A stretch of 64,000 nucleotides of DNA from an uncultured Flavobacteriaceae bacterium (lineage in GTDB: Bacteria > Bacteroidota > Bacteroidia > NS11-12g > UBA955). The notes under the pieces are model-generated. The model ran no database searches, was not told the origin of the DNA, and saw nothing but the letters and a program-made list of their open reading frames with translations. Made by a program: the position numbers and the translations under genes. The stretch covers positions 173,881 through 237,880 of the forward strand of contig CAZVJY010000001.1 of assembly GCA_964626685.1 (NCBI GenBank), given 5' to 3'. Positions 40,698-50,673 of this stretch are shown piece by piece; position 1 is the first letter of the stretch; each line of letters opens with the position of its first letter.

Positions 40698-41703
40698 AAG
40701 ATTTCAGTTTTTTCATTAACAATTCAAGGCTGTTTTCGGTTTGCTGCCAGTCCCAAGCCTGAGGCTCAGAACGAAATCCGTTTTCCGCCACAAAATAACG
40801 GTACGATTTATCATAGTAACCCATTAATATACGCACCCACGTTGTTTTTGCGCCACTCAGGATAGCCTCTTTTGCCTGCTGGCACAACAATCCTCCCAGT
40901 CTTTTTCTGAGCTTTTCGGTCTTTTCTGCCAGTATTTCCGGGTCAAAACCGGCATATTCTTTTTCAAGCCGCTCCATGCGCTGATGCTGTGGCACATCAA
41001 TTTCAAGCACAGAACTTTGCAACATATTCTGCCAAAAACCTTCCGGCATAACACAGGCTCCTATCTTGCGACTTTCATTTTCCAGAATGAGTGTTTGTGA
41101 AACAGGGAAAGCCGTAACCGCTTCGTGCAGCAGATTCTCAAACATTTCCACCGAGGGCTGTGCAGGCATGCCTAAACCGCCCAGGGCACTGCCTCTGTGA
41201 AATGCAAGCCCTTCCAGGTCAATCACAGAATACCCCTTCTCTGCCAGCATATGCAGGATTTCTGTTTTGCCCACACCTGTCATACCTCCGAGCAACAGCA
41301 TTTTACGCGGATTTGACAACGTAGTTTGAACCCTATTTCGGTAGGCTTTGTACCCCCCGGAAATAAGGCTCACAGGCTGTCCTCCCCACGAAAGTATTGT
41401 GGCGGAAATATGGCTTCTCAAACCACCCCGCCAGCAATAAAAAAGGGGATTGGCGCCGGCCGCCTTAAATTCCTCATAAAGTATGTGAAACCGGGGACCG
41501 AGCAGCTTAAAACCCAATGCCACAGCTGCGACTCTGCCCTGCTGCTTGTAGATAGTCCCTACCTGCACCCGTTCATCGTTTCGCAACAACGGAATATTTA
41601 CCGCTCCGGGAATGTGCCCCCTTTCAAATTCAGCTTCGCTGCGAACATCAATCAAAACATGACCTTCAAAGGGGAACTTATCTGCCTTGATCATGTTTAT
41701 CAT
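40681..41703 (-). CDS. mnmH: tRNA 2-selenouridine synthase
   Basis: Rhodanese DVRSEAEF..GHIPGA, YCWRGGLRS, GMTGVGKT, DLEGLAFHRGS, ENESRKIG. Confidence 0.92.
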   Translation of the reverse strand: MINMIKADKFPFEGHVLIDVRSEAEFERGHIPGAVNIPLLRNDERVQVGTIYKQQGRVAAVALGFKLLGPRFHILYEEFKAAGANPLFYCWRGGLRSHISATILSWGGQPVSLISGGYKAYRNRVQTTLSNPRKMLLLGGMTGVGKTEILHMLAEKGYSVIDLEGLAFHRGSALGGLGMPAQPSVEMFENLLHEAVTAFPVSQTLILENESRKIGACVMPEGFWQNMLQSSVLEIDVPQHQRMERLEKEYAGFDPEILAEKTEKLRKRLGGLLCQQAKEAILSGAKTTWVRILMGYYDKSYRYFVAENGFRSEPQAWDWQQTENSLELLMKKLKSYGIEK

Positions 41704-41898
41704 TTGGCAAAGATGCTGAAATTGACGGAATTGGCACGCATATAAATTTAACCAATACCGTATTTGCAGGAATACACAAAAGTCATTACTGTCAATTGTT
41801 GAGATGACAGTTTTAAACTAGGTAAACTTGTTTGCTAACAGTTATAAAATGTTATTGTAGTTTGTCATGCTGACCTTTCCTAAGCATGACCAGGTTCA

Positions 41899-42207
41899 CT
41901 AACCAATCACCTCAAGCAAACTGCGGTAGGCGAGCACACGTTCTCCATATTTATCGCGGGTTTTGGCCTGCAGTGCGGGTGCAAAATTGTCACGGTAGCG
42001 CTCATAATCGACCATGCTCTGCGCCGTGTATTGCACAGCGATATTTATGCCTTCGTCATCATCAGCCTGGGTAAGCAGCCGCATCATTTTCACATCCAGA
42101 AAACAACCTGTGGCCATAACCTCTGGCAAATGTTCATCACGCATCCATGCAAGCCATTCAGCCTCCATATCGGAGGAAATATGGCAGGTGACGTTGTAGA
42201 CAACCAT
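41899..42207 (-). CDS. DUF4286 family protein
   Basis: VYNVT...WLAWM..EHLPEVMATGCF...QY pattern. Confidence 0.8.
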   Translation of the reverse strand: MVVYNVTCHISSDMEAEWLAWMRDEHLPEVMATGCFLDVKMMRLLTQADDDEGINIAVQYTAQSMVDYERYRDNFAPALQAKTRDKYGERVLAYRSLLEVIG

Positions 42208-42458
42208 TACAGCGCTTTTACGCGGATATGGTAGCTTTCCATGATGAGGTTGGCAAGGAGTTTTTTGCAGGCTGTTTCAGCTGCTGAGTAAGCCGCTGCC
42301 TCGTCCGCTGCTTCCATTTCCATCGTGATGAACTTACCGACGCGTACTTCACTTACCTGAGGCAAACCAATGGAAGACATACTGTGCGTAACCGCCTTGC
42401 CCTGGGGATCCAGCAACCCTTTTTTGGGCATGATTTCAATTTCTGCGAAAAATTTCAC
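42207..42458 (-). CDS. purS: FGAM synthase subunit PurS
   Basis: LLDPQGKAV, VRVGK, CKKLLAN..ME; -7 element TAACTTTG at 42463-42470 (minus). Confidence 0.92.
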   Translation of the reverse strand: MKFFAEIEIMPKKGLLDPQGKAVTHSMSSIGLPQVSEVRVGKFITMEMEAADEAAAYSAAETACKKLLANLIMESYHIRVKAL

Positions 42459-42565
42459 AAGGCAAAGTTACCCATATTTACCCAAACCCAAATCTGCCTT
42501 TTACACAGAATCTGCACAATAAAAATTGACTTTGCCGTGTCCAAACTCCGTAGTTACTTTGAACA

Positions 42566-43195
42566 ATGATGCGAATTATTGCTTTAGTAATGCCCATGGT
42601 CCTTTTAGCCTGGTCCTGCAATCCTGCCAATACAGATAAACATGCCGACACCGACTCCGCCGCAGCAAACACAACTGATACAGCACAAACAGAGACCACA
42701 CAACCCGATGTGGTAGCAGCGGGAGAACACAGCATTACAGACAAGAGCACCTTACAAAACCTCTATTTACTCGGCAAGGAGGTAAGCTGCAGTTACCCGG
42801 CAATCCCCGAACAACTAAAACAGCAATTACCAGACATCATGCAGGCCATCACCGACAACAAGGCCGTGATTACCGGCAGCTACCACATTGTACTGTTGGA
42901 AAACCCGGACGCAGTGAAGCCTTCCCGAATTTTCATCGGCATTCCTGTTCAGAAAGCTACTAAAGTAGGCGGTTTTGGCATGTTTACCATTCCATCCGGC
43001 AAATACCTCCGCCACCAATGTTCTGCCGAGCCGGGGAAGTCCCTTTCCGTTCACCGGAACGTGCTGAATGTGCCATTTAAAAAACTGAAACAAAAGGCAG
43101 GATTTCCCATTATTGAAAAATATGCTGAAACCCGCAACGATGAAATGACCAGTGTAATCAGTAAAGCCACGTTTTACTACACTATTGCGCAGTAA
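42566..43195 (+). CDS. Lipoprotein with GyrI-like small-molecule-binding domain
   Basis: Lipobox AWSC; IGIPV...IPSGKYL...H...PIIEKY pattern. Confidence 0.55.
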   Translation: MMRIIALVMPMVLLAWSCNPANTDKHADTDSAAANTTDTAQTETTQPDVVAAGEHSITDKSTLQNLYLLGKEVSCSYPAIPEQLKQQLPDIMQAITDNKAVITGSYHIVLLENPDAVKPSRIFIGIPVQKATKVGGFGMFTIPSGKYLRHQCSAEPGKSLSVHRNVLNVPFKKLKQKAGFPIIEKYAETRNDEMTSVISKATFYYTIAQ

Positions 43196-43271
43196 GTCTG
43201 GAATATTTGCCTTTCTCTCAATTCTATCCTACATTTGATAAGATGCGAAGGTTCCAAATCAAGAGCATATC

Positions 43272-44471
43272 ATGAAACCCTGGATGAACCTTTCAGATCT
43301 GATGGGCGGGGTGCGCAGAGCCCTTGAGGCCGGCTTTTCCGGCCACACATTCCGCATTATTGCGGAAACTACCGATGTTAAAATTTACCACAACAGGCAA
43401 TATGCTTTTCTTAACCTGGTGGAAAAACAGGGCTCAGAAATTGCAGCCGCCGCAGGCGCAGTTATCTGGCGCGAGCATTTTCATCTCATCAAAAATTTTG
43501 AAAACATCACCGGAATCACCTTCGAACAAAACCTGCAGGTAGTGCTGGAAGTAGAAATCCAGTTTCACGAACGATACGGGCTTCGGCTTAATATTGTAGA
43601 TATTGACACTGCCTATACCCTGGGCAAAATGGAGCAGGAGCGCGAAAAAGTATTGCGTAAACTGGCCTACGATGTGCCGCATCTGGTGTGGCTGGAAGAC
43701 GGCGATTATATTTCTGCAAACCAATTGCTAAACAAATCCCTGGTGATGCAGCGCGTAGCCTTGATAGCTGCCCCCGGCAGCGACGGACGCCGCGATTTTC
43801 TGAAAGAACTGCAGGAAAACACCTGGAGTATTACCTATGAAGTGGAAGAGTTTCCCGCATCGGTTCAGGGTCAAAATGCGGCGAGGGAACTCTTGAAGCA
43901 GCTCAATAATATTGTTTCCCGTGCATCGGAATTTGATGTCATCGCCATGGTGCGCGGAGGTGGCAGCAACACAGACCTTACCGCTTTTGATGATTATGAT
44001 CTGGCCAAATGCATTGCCGATTGCCCCAAACCCGTGCTTACCGGTATAGGCCACGACCGAAACATCAGCGTGGCCGATGTAGTGGGACACACCATGCTGA
44101 AAACCCCCACCCGCTGTGCAGCTGCCATTACCGAACACAACATGGCATTTCTGAGCTGGCTGCAGGAAGGACAAACCCGCATTGGCAATGCAGCTTCGCG
44201 CTTTCTGGAAAATGGTAAACAACAAGCCCAAGACACATCCAGAAGACTGAAAACAGCGGCATCCTGGATACTGGAGGCTGAAAAAAACAAACTGCTTCAG
44301 GCAGATAAGCACCTGGATATGCTGCAACCGGCCAAAACCCTGGAAATGGGCTATGCACTCATTTCCAAAAACGGACATATTGTAACGTCACATTCTCAGT
44401 TGTTGGATAACGACAACATTGAAATCCGCTTTTCAGACGGATATTCGCACGCCTTGATTACCCCAAAATGA
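43272..44471 (+). CDS. xseA: Exodeoxyribonuclease VII large subunit
   Basis: OB fold, VQG, RGGGS, TGIGH, TPT, LEMGYA; -7 element TACATTTG at 43230-43237. Confidence 0.9.
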   Translation: MKPWMNLSDLMGGVRRALEAGFSGHTFRIIAETTDVKIYHNRQYAFLNLVEKQGSEIAAAAGAVIWREHFHLIKNFENITGITFEQNLQVVLEVEIQFHERYGLRLNIVDIDTAYTLGKMEQEREKVLRKLAYDVPHLVWLEDGDYISANQLLNKSLVMQRVALIAAPGSDGRRDFLKELQENTWSITYEVEEFPASVQGQNAARELLKQLNNIVSRASEFDVIAMVRGGGSNTDLTAFDDYDLAKCIADCPKPVLTGIGHDRNISVADVVGHTMLKTPTRCAAAITEHNMAFLSWLQEGQTRIGNAASRFLENGKQQAQDTSRRLKTAASWILEAEKNKLLQADKHLDMLQPAKTLEMGYALISKNGHIVTSHSQLLDNDNIEIRFSDGYSHALITPK

Positions 44472-44659
44472 AAACAAACGATACTTTCTCTTACGAAACA
44501 GCCAAAAAACGCCTGGAAGTCATCATGAAAGACCTTGAAAGCGGAAAAATTGGTATTGATGACCTGGAAGCCACGCTTCACGAGGCCAAGGACCTCATTC
44601 AGAAATCACTGAAAAAACTCACCGAAACCGAAAAAATTATCAGGAATTGGGAAGCTTAA
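44468..44659 (+). CDS. xseB: Exodeoxyribonuclease VII small subunit
   Basis: SYE.A..RLE.I...LESG; follows xseA. Confidence 0.88.
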   Translation: MKTNDTFSYETAKKRLEVIMKDLESGKIGIDDLEATLHEAKDLIQKSLKKLTETEKIIRNWEA

Positions 44660-45543
44660 CTGCGCTAAAACCCGGCGACCAAATTGCCCTCATTGCGCCT
44701 GCGAGGGCCGTAAACAAAGCTGAAATGGCGGCTTTTGCGGCATGGTGCAACGAAAAAAAACTGATCCTACAGGAAGGACAACACCTGTACGGCCGCTACA
44801 ACCAGTTTTCCGGAACGGCTGAAGAGCGGGCTTCTGACCTTCGGGAAGCCTGGCAAAACACGGATATTAAAGCTGTTTTTTGCGCACGTGGCGGCTATGG
44901 CTGTGTGCAAATGCTGGAATTGCTTGAGGATGTTGACTGGAAATCCAATGCCAAATGGCTGATTGGATTCAGCGATATCACCACCCTGCATCTGCATCTC
45001 AACAAAATGGGCATTCCCACCCTACACGGCCCTATGGCCATCCACTGGGGAATAAAACATGCATTTACGGAAGAAAACATCGCCCGTACGGAAGATGCAT
45101 TATTTCATCTTAACGTTGCAATTGATTCTCAAAACCAAACAGCCGGCCATGTTTCTGGATTTTCCGGCAAACTTTTGGGCGGAAACCTCAGTCTGGTCTA
45201 TGCAGCCCTCGGCACCCCCGAACAACCCGACACCGAAAACGCCGTTTTATTTCTGGAAGACCTCGATGAGTATCTGTACCATGTGGACCGCATGATGATG
45301 GCGCTGAAAAGAGCCGGACTGCTGAAAAAACTGTCAGGGTTGATAGTTGGAGGGATGACTGACATGAAGGATAATGCCATCCCCTATGGCCATACGGCGG
45401 AAGAAATAATCCGCCAACACATGGCAGGCACAGGAATTCCTGTCGTTTTTGATTTCCCCGCGGGGCATACCCCAAAAAATGCTTGTTTCTTCATGGGTGC
45501 CGACTGTACTTTTGAAAACGGAAAACTGATCCAGCAACTATAA
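44647..45543 (+). CDS. LD-carboxypeptidase (peptidase S66)
   Basis: ARGGYG, GFSDIT, GGNLS, FLED, AGH. Confidence 0.92.
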   Translation: MGSLTALKPGDQIALIAPARAVNKAEMAAFAAWCNEKKLILQEGQHLYGRYNQFSGTAEERASDLREAWQNTDIKAVFCARGGYGCVQMLELLEDVDWKSNAKWLIGFSDITTLHLHLNKMGIPTLHGPMAIHWGIKHAFTEENIARTEDALFHLNVAIDSQNQTAGHVSGFSGKLLGGNLSLVYAALGTPEQPDTENAVLFLEDLDEYLYHVDRMMMALKRAGLLKKLSGLIVGGMTDMKDNAIPYGHTAEEIIRQHMAGTGIPVVFDFPAGHTPKNACFFMGADCTFENGKLIQQL

Positions 45544-45546
45544 ACC

Positions 45547-46044
45547 ATGATTTCCCGCGAAACCTATATAGAACTTACCAAGTTTGGTATCGTGGGGGTC
45601 CTGTGTTTCGGAATGGACCTAAGTATTTACTATGGGCTCACCATGTTGCCCTGGATGCCCACCTTCGTGGCCAAGTCCATGAGTACGGTATCCTCCACCA
45701 TGTTCAATTATTACCTGAACAAAACATGGACCTGGGGACAAAGCAACCGCGATACCAAACGATTCACACGCTACATGGTGCTTTACAGCATCTCTGGTTT
45801 ATTAAACGTACTTTCCAACGAGCTGTTCCTTCAATGGCTTCCCAACAATGAATTTCAAATGCTGATTGTACACACCGAGCAAGCTGTTCAAAAACCGTTT
45901 TTCACCATTAAACTGGATAAGTTTCTTGCTGTAATCGGTGCCACCTGTGTAGGAATGGTAGTGAATTTTATCGGTCAGAAGTGGTGGGTTTTCAAAGAAC
46001 CATCAACACCTGCATTCCCGGAAGATTCCGGCAATGTTCACTGA
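45547..46044 (+). CDS. GtrA family membrane protein
   Basis: KFGIVG, NYYLNKTWTW, NFIGQKWWVF. Confidence 0.82.
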   Translation: MISRETYIELTKFGIVGVLCFGMDLSIYYGLTMLPWMPTFVAKSMSTVSSTMFNYYLNKTWTWGQSNRDTKRFTRYMVLYSISGLLNVLSNELFLQWLPNNEFQMLIVHTEQAVQKPFFTIKLDKFLAVIGATCVGMVVNFIGQKWWVFKEPSTPAFPEDSGNVH

Positions 46045-46090
46045 TTGCTGTACCGGGAAAAATTGGTATCAATTTTGATTTGATAATAAC

Positions 46091-46858
46091 ATGCATTTAA
46101 GGATATTCTTTTCACTGCTGGCCGGTATTGTGATTTTGCCTGCCTGCGACACACTGAGCCAACTGCCAGTGCAGATTAACCTGCCCACAGCCGAAAACCC
46201 GGTACCATCAGCGTCTGAAGCCGCATCCGGGCTGAAAGAAGCACTCATCAGCGGGGTTGGAAAAGGAACCAATGCGCTCAACAAACCCGGAGCGTTTTTT
46301 CAAAATGCTGCCCGAAAGATATTATTACCCCGCGAAATACAGGAACTGGAAAGTAAAATCCGTGGGAATGCCGTATTGAACGCCGCCATCGGCGGGCAAC
46401 TCGATAAAGCCATAAAGGCCATGAACGACGGGGCTGAGAATGCCATGGGAAAAGCCATGCCTATCTTCAGAGATGCCGTATTGAATATGTCATTTGCCGA
46501 TGCTATGGGCATATTACGCGGTGGCAACGGTGCCGCGACAAGGTATCTGCAAAACACCACCACTGCAGCCCTTCAGCAAGCCTTTAAGCCCGTTATTCAG
46601 CAGGCGCTGAACGACGTGAAAATCACCGAATACTGGAACCCAATAATCCGCGAAATCAACAAGCCGCTTAATAAAACACTGCTTGGTATCAAACAGGATA
46701 TCAATCCCGATTTGAATGCCTACGTTACAGAAAAGGCAACCAATGTGCTATTTGTGGAAATCGAACAGCAGGAAAATGCCATCCGTTCCAATCCGGTTGA
46801 AAGAACCACTGCCCTGCTGAAAAAAGTATTTGACTACGCAGACAGTCAAAAAAAATAA
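46091..46858 (+). CDS. DUF4197 family lipoprotein
   Basis: Lipobox LPAC; GLKEAL..G, MN..AE.A, AATRYL, E..IR.NP..RTT.LLKKVF. Confidence 0.85.
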   Translation: MHLRIFFSLLAGIVILPACDTLSQLPVQINLPTAENPVPSASEAASGLKEALISGVGKGTNALNKPGAFFQNAARKILLPREIQELESKIRGNAVLNAAIGGQLDKAIKAMNDGAENAMGKAMPIFRDAVLNMSFADAMGILRGGNGAATRYLQNTTTAALQQAFKPVIQQALNDVKITEYWNPIIREINKPLNKTLLGIKQDINPDLNAYVTEKATNVLFVEIEQQENAIRSNPVERTTALLKKVFDYADSQKK

Positions 46859-46899
46859 GTTCGGCGCACCCTTCGGCTTTTTTTATTTAATTTTACCTC

Positions 46900-49539
46900 G
46901 TGAGAGGCCCTGTTATCCTGTTTTTATTTCTGCTTGCAGGCACCAAACTTCAGGCACAGGAAAAAGGTCTTTCGATTAATATCAGTTACACAGCTGTTTC
47001 TGTTTCTTTTTCAGCGGCCATTGCCGGATTTGAGGAACGAACTGGCATGCCGATTCAGTATGATGCAGCCCTTGCCCCTTCCGCTGACAAGAAGTTTAGT
47101 TTCCGCTTCCAAAATGTGCGTGCATCGCAGGCCCTGCATGATTTTTTGGCTTCAGCCGGATTGCGCTATGAGGTAAAAAACGGACAGGTATTTCTGCAGA
47201 AACGCCTGCCCCTGCATCCGGAATCGGGATACCGTGTTTCCGGCAAAATTATCTCTGCAGGGAATGGTGAATACATCAACGCCGCCGCGGTTGGCACCAC
47301 GCTAAAACCCCATATGACAACCACCTCAGATGCCGGTTTTTTTAGCCTAAGGCTTTTACCGGGCATCCATGTGCTGCAAATTTCCTATCCGGGCTTCAAT
47401 CCCATTTTTGACACCCTCTATGTAGACCGTGATTACAACCTGCAGTATGAAATGCTGAAACAAAATACGTCAATGGACGCCGTTCATATTCAGGCACTGA
47501 AAGGACGAGGATTGCAGTCTGTTATTCAGGGCCAGACCGATCAGCACGAAATGAACCGCATCCGACTGGGCTGGATGCCTCAGCTGCTCGGAGAGCCGGA
47601 TGTGGTGCGTACCCTGAGTATGCTTCCGGGTGTGGTGGGTGGAAGCGAAGGCATGCTGGGCATGTATGTGCGCGGTGGCGCGGCAGACCAAAACCTGGTG
47701 CTGCTGGATGATGTGCCGGTTTTTAACAGCTACCATCTGTTTGGGGTTTTCTCCGTATTTAACGACGATGCACTTCGCTCGGCAAGGCTGCTTAAAGGTA
47801 GTTTTCCGGCACGATACGGTGGTCGCTTAAGCAGCGTAATTTCAGTACAAAGCAAGGAGGGTAACCGCCAAAAAATCAGCGGTATTGCCAATGTAGGTCT
47901 GCTTTCAGGGCGTATTTTTCTGGAAGGTCCCATTTGGAAAGACCGCACTACGTTTACCCTTTCCATGCGGCGCAGCTACCTGGATTTTCTTGCGGGACAG
48001 GCTGCATCGTTTCTCAACCTCAGTGACAGCATCAATCCCAGCAACCTCTATTATTTCTGGGATCTGAATGCACGCGTAACACACCGCTTTAACAGCAAAA
48101 GCCGTATCAGTGCAGGAATATACGCAGGGCAAGATATCGGTGGACTAAACGAATCATCCGTAAATGAACAACCGGAAATCAGTACGGAAGAGCGTAAAAA
48201 ACAATTGACGGGATGGGGAAACCGCGTAGCCGGAATCAAGTGGAATTATCAGGCCAGAACAGGCCTTGAGTGGATGCTTCGAGCCCATTTAACCCGCTAT
48301 GGCTATGAATACAAACGTGAATTTTCATTCAGAAGGGAAAGTAAAATCAGTCCCCAAACCAATGTGGATGACTACACCCGCTATGAACTGGAAAACGGTA
48401 TTCAGGATTTGGAAGCCGCCTGGGAAATGCGCATGCGTATTAAACCAGGATGGGTTTGGGAACAAGGGGTTGGAATATCCAATCATCGCTTTACCCCCGG
48501 CAACAGAAAACAATTCAGCCGCATTAACAATACTGAAAGCGAATTGCTTTTCAATGATGATCGCCTGAATGTTCCGGAATACTTCACCTATACGGAATTT
48601 CAGTACAACGGGAAGCGCCGGTGGTCGGGTTCTGCAGGCCTGCGGCTGGGTAGTTTCAAACTTCCCGATCCATATTATTTCATCCTGCCGGAACCCAGAT
48701 TAAACCTTAAATACAGGCTGGGAAACAACCGTTTTCTGCACGCTTCGGCCACCCGAAACAGACAGTTCTTTCACCTGCTTACCAATCTTACGCTAGGCCT
48801 GCCCGGCGATATATGGGTTCCGAGCAATCGCCGGTTTCAGCCCGGAATGTCCGATCAGCTGAGCCTGGGGTTTGCCCAAAGCAAAACAGGATGGGCTTTC
48901 AGCTCGGAAGTGTTTTACAGAAGTTTCAGCCATATTTTGGAATACAAAGACAATGCGGGATACGTTACCTCAGGCACGAACTGGCAGGATGCTGTTACCG
49001 CAGGAAACGGTGAAGCCTATGGTCTTGAAATGCTTGCCGAAAAAACAAGCGGCAAAATCAACGGCTGGGTGGCTTACACGCTCATGTGGAATAACCGCTG
49101 GTTTGCGGATTTGAACAACGGTCAGTCTTTTCCGGCCCGGTATGACAGACGGCACAATGTATATGTAGCCGGTGTATATCACTGGAAGCCTGATGTCGAT
49201 ATCAATGCTTCCTGGACCTTCAACAGCGGATTTGCATACACCCTGCCGGTGGCTGTGTACGGCTCACCCACACCCAACGACCCTTACCGCGATATTTTTG
49301 TGTACGGAAACCGCAACAACGCCCGCGCAGCAGATAACCACCGACTTGATATCAGTATTACGCTGGAGAAACAACGCAAGGGTTACGTGCGCCACTGGAC
49401 ACTGGGCGTTTTCAATGTTTACAACCGGTTTAACCCTTTTTACATTAATCCTGGTTTTGATCGTTTGGGAAACCGAAAACTATACCAGGTTAGCATGCTG
49501 CCACTGTTGCCCAACGTAAGTTATAAAATTACCTTTTGA
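46900..49539 (+). CDS. TonB-dependent receptor with N-terminal extension
   Basis: GEPDV..TL..LPGV, VRGG..DQNL.LLD, FPARYGGRLSSV, YDRRH, terminal F; STN-like N-terminal domain. Confidence 0.88.
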   Translation: MRGPVILFLFLLAGTKLQAQEKGLSINISYTAVSVSFSAAIAGFEERTGMPIQYDAALAPSADKKFSFRFQNVRASQALHDFLASAGLRYEVKNGQVFLQKRLPLHPESGYRVSGKIISAGNGEYINAAAVGTTLKPHMTTTSDAGFFSLRLLPGIHVLQISYPGFNPIFDTLYVDRDYNLQYEMLKQNTSMDAVHIQALKGRGLQSVIQGQTDQHEMNRIRLGWMPQLLGEPDVVRTLSMLPGVVGGSEGMLGMYVRGGAADQNLVLLDDVPVFNSYHLFGVFSVFNDDALRSARLLKGSFPARYGGRLSSVISVQSKEGNRQKISGIANVGLLSGRIFLEGPIWKDRTTFTLSMRRSYLDFLAGQAASFLNLSDSINPSNLYYFWDLNARVTHRFNSKSRISAGIYAGQDIGGLNESSVNEQPEISTEERKKQLTGWGNRVAGIKWNYQARTGLEWMLRAHLTRYGYEYKREFSFRRESKISPQTNVDDYTRYELENGIQDLEAAWEMRMRIKPGWVWEQGVGISNHRFTPGNRKQFSRINNTESELLFNDDRLNVPEYFTYTEFQYNGKRRWSGSAGLRLGSFKLPDPYYFILPEPRLNLKYRLGNNRFLHASATRNRQFFHLLTNLTLGLPGDIWVPSNRRFQPGMSDQLSLGFAQSKTGWAFSSEVFYRSFSHILEYKDNAGYVTSGTNWQDAVTAGNGEAYGLEMLAEKTSGKINGWVAYTLMWNNRWFADLNNGQSFPARYDRRHNVYVAGVYHWKPDVDINASWTFNSGFAYTLPVAVYGSPTPNDPYRDIFVYGNRNNARAADNHRLDISITLEKQRKGYVRHWTLGVFNVYNRFNPFYINPGFDRLGNRKLYQVSMLPLLPNVSYKITF

Positions 49540-50441
49540 AAAATCATCTGTTTTATATCGCTATTTCAGTTGTCATTAGCGCCTGCGTTAAGGAAATCCC
49601 TTACAATCCGGACATGCAAACCAGCCCCATTCCTGCTGTACATTGCTTTGTTACACCGGACAGTATACTAACAACAGACTGCAGGCTCACGGCTCCATTC
49701 GGCAGCAAAGACATGCCCGTGGCCAATGCTAAATTCTCCCTGTGGAAAGCAGGCCAGCAACAGGATAGTACCCTTTATGCCGGAAACGGGATTCACCTTT
49801 TTGGTTCCAATACCACAAAAGCAGGTGATTCCCTGATTTTTAAGGGCAATGTACCCGGAATTCAAGCATTTGAAATTCCTTTGGTTATTCCCGATCATGC
49901 ACCCATAAAGATATTTGACACCACCAGACAACTTATTCCCGGCATTGGGCGCGCGTTTTCGGTTGCCGCGTGGTTTAATGATGATGCTACAAAAGACAAT
50001 TATTATCGATGCTATTTATACAAAACCGCATATAAGTATGTTTACGACTACACAGGCAAGTTAACAGACAGCTTTCTGAAAAAAGAGATCATTGCCTTGT
50101 TCTCCGATGATCTGGCTGCGGCTGAAAACGATTTCAATAATTATACATCACGAGAGGTTATTTTTTCAGATGCTACATTCAACGGTGTTTACAAAAACAT
50201 GGTTTTTTACACCTCTGACCGTCTGCTGAAAACAGCCTTTGAAAGGCCTACAGGCATTGAGTTTCATCTGGAAAACATCAGCAAATCTCTGTTTGATTTT
50301 TACAATACACGCAACGCCCATATTTGGCAACAGCAAAGCATCAGCCAGCTTCCCGGCAAAATAAAAGGAAACATCCCCGGTGCTTTCGGCGTTGTAGGTG
50401 CCTATACAGGCGACTACAGGTTTGTAGCCATAAAGCGATAA
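49536..50441 (+). CDS. DUF4249 family lipoprotein partner of the TonB-dependent receptor
   Basis: Lipobox ISAC; F.DD....NYY, FSDATFNG, GNI.GAFGV. Confidence 0.78.
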   Translation: MKNHLFYIAISVVISACVKEIPYNPDMQTSPIPAVHCFVTPDSILTTDCRLTAPFGSKDMPVANAKFSLWKAGQQQDSTLYAGNGIHLFGSNTTKAGDSLIFKGNVPGIQAFEIPLVIPDHAPIKIFDTTRQLIPGIGRAFSVAAWFNDDATKDNYYRCYLYKTAYKYVYDYTGKLTDSFLKKEIIALFSDDLAAAENDFNNYTSREVIFSDATFNGVYKNMVFYTSDRLLKTAFERPTGIEFHLENISKSLFDFYNTRNAHIWQQQSISQLPGKIKGNIPGAFGVVGAYTGDYRFVAIKR

Positions 50442-50586
50442 GTGTTTTTGTAGTAAGGTTGCCTTAAATAACTTATACAGGCTGCCGCATACATACTCGT
50501 TTTTCACCTAATAATGGATTCGATTTAATCACATATGATTGATTTATAGATTTTTGCGAATCTATTTTCAAATACCCAAAGACGAC

Positions 50587-50650
50587 TTATTGTATTTTTA
50601 ACAATAATCTTATTGTTTATTGTACAATATGAATGGTTTTTATACCTTTG
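50587..50650. promoter_or_regulatory. Tandem operators TTATTGT-attttta-ACAATAA (50587-50607) and TTATTGT-ttattgt-ACAATAT (50610-50630), then -7 element TACCTTTG (50643-50650)
   Basis: Two GT-N7-AC palindromes matching the site at 62819. Confidence 0.78.
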
Positions 50651-50673
50651 TTATTAAATCAACTTTAACCGAT

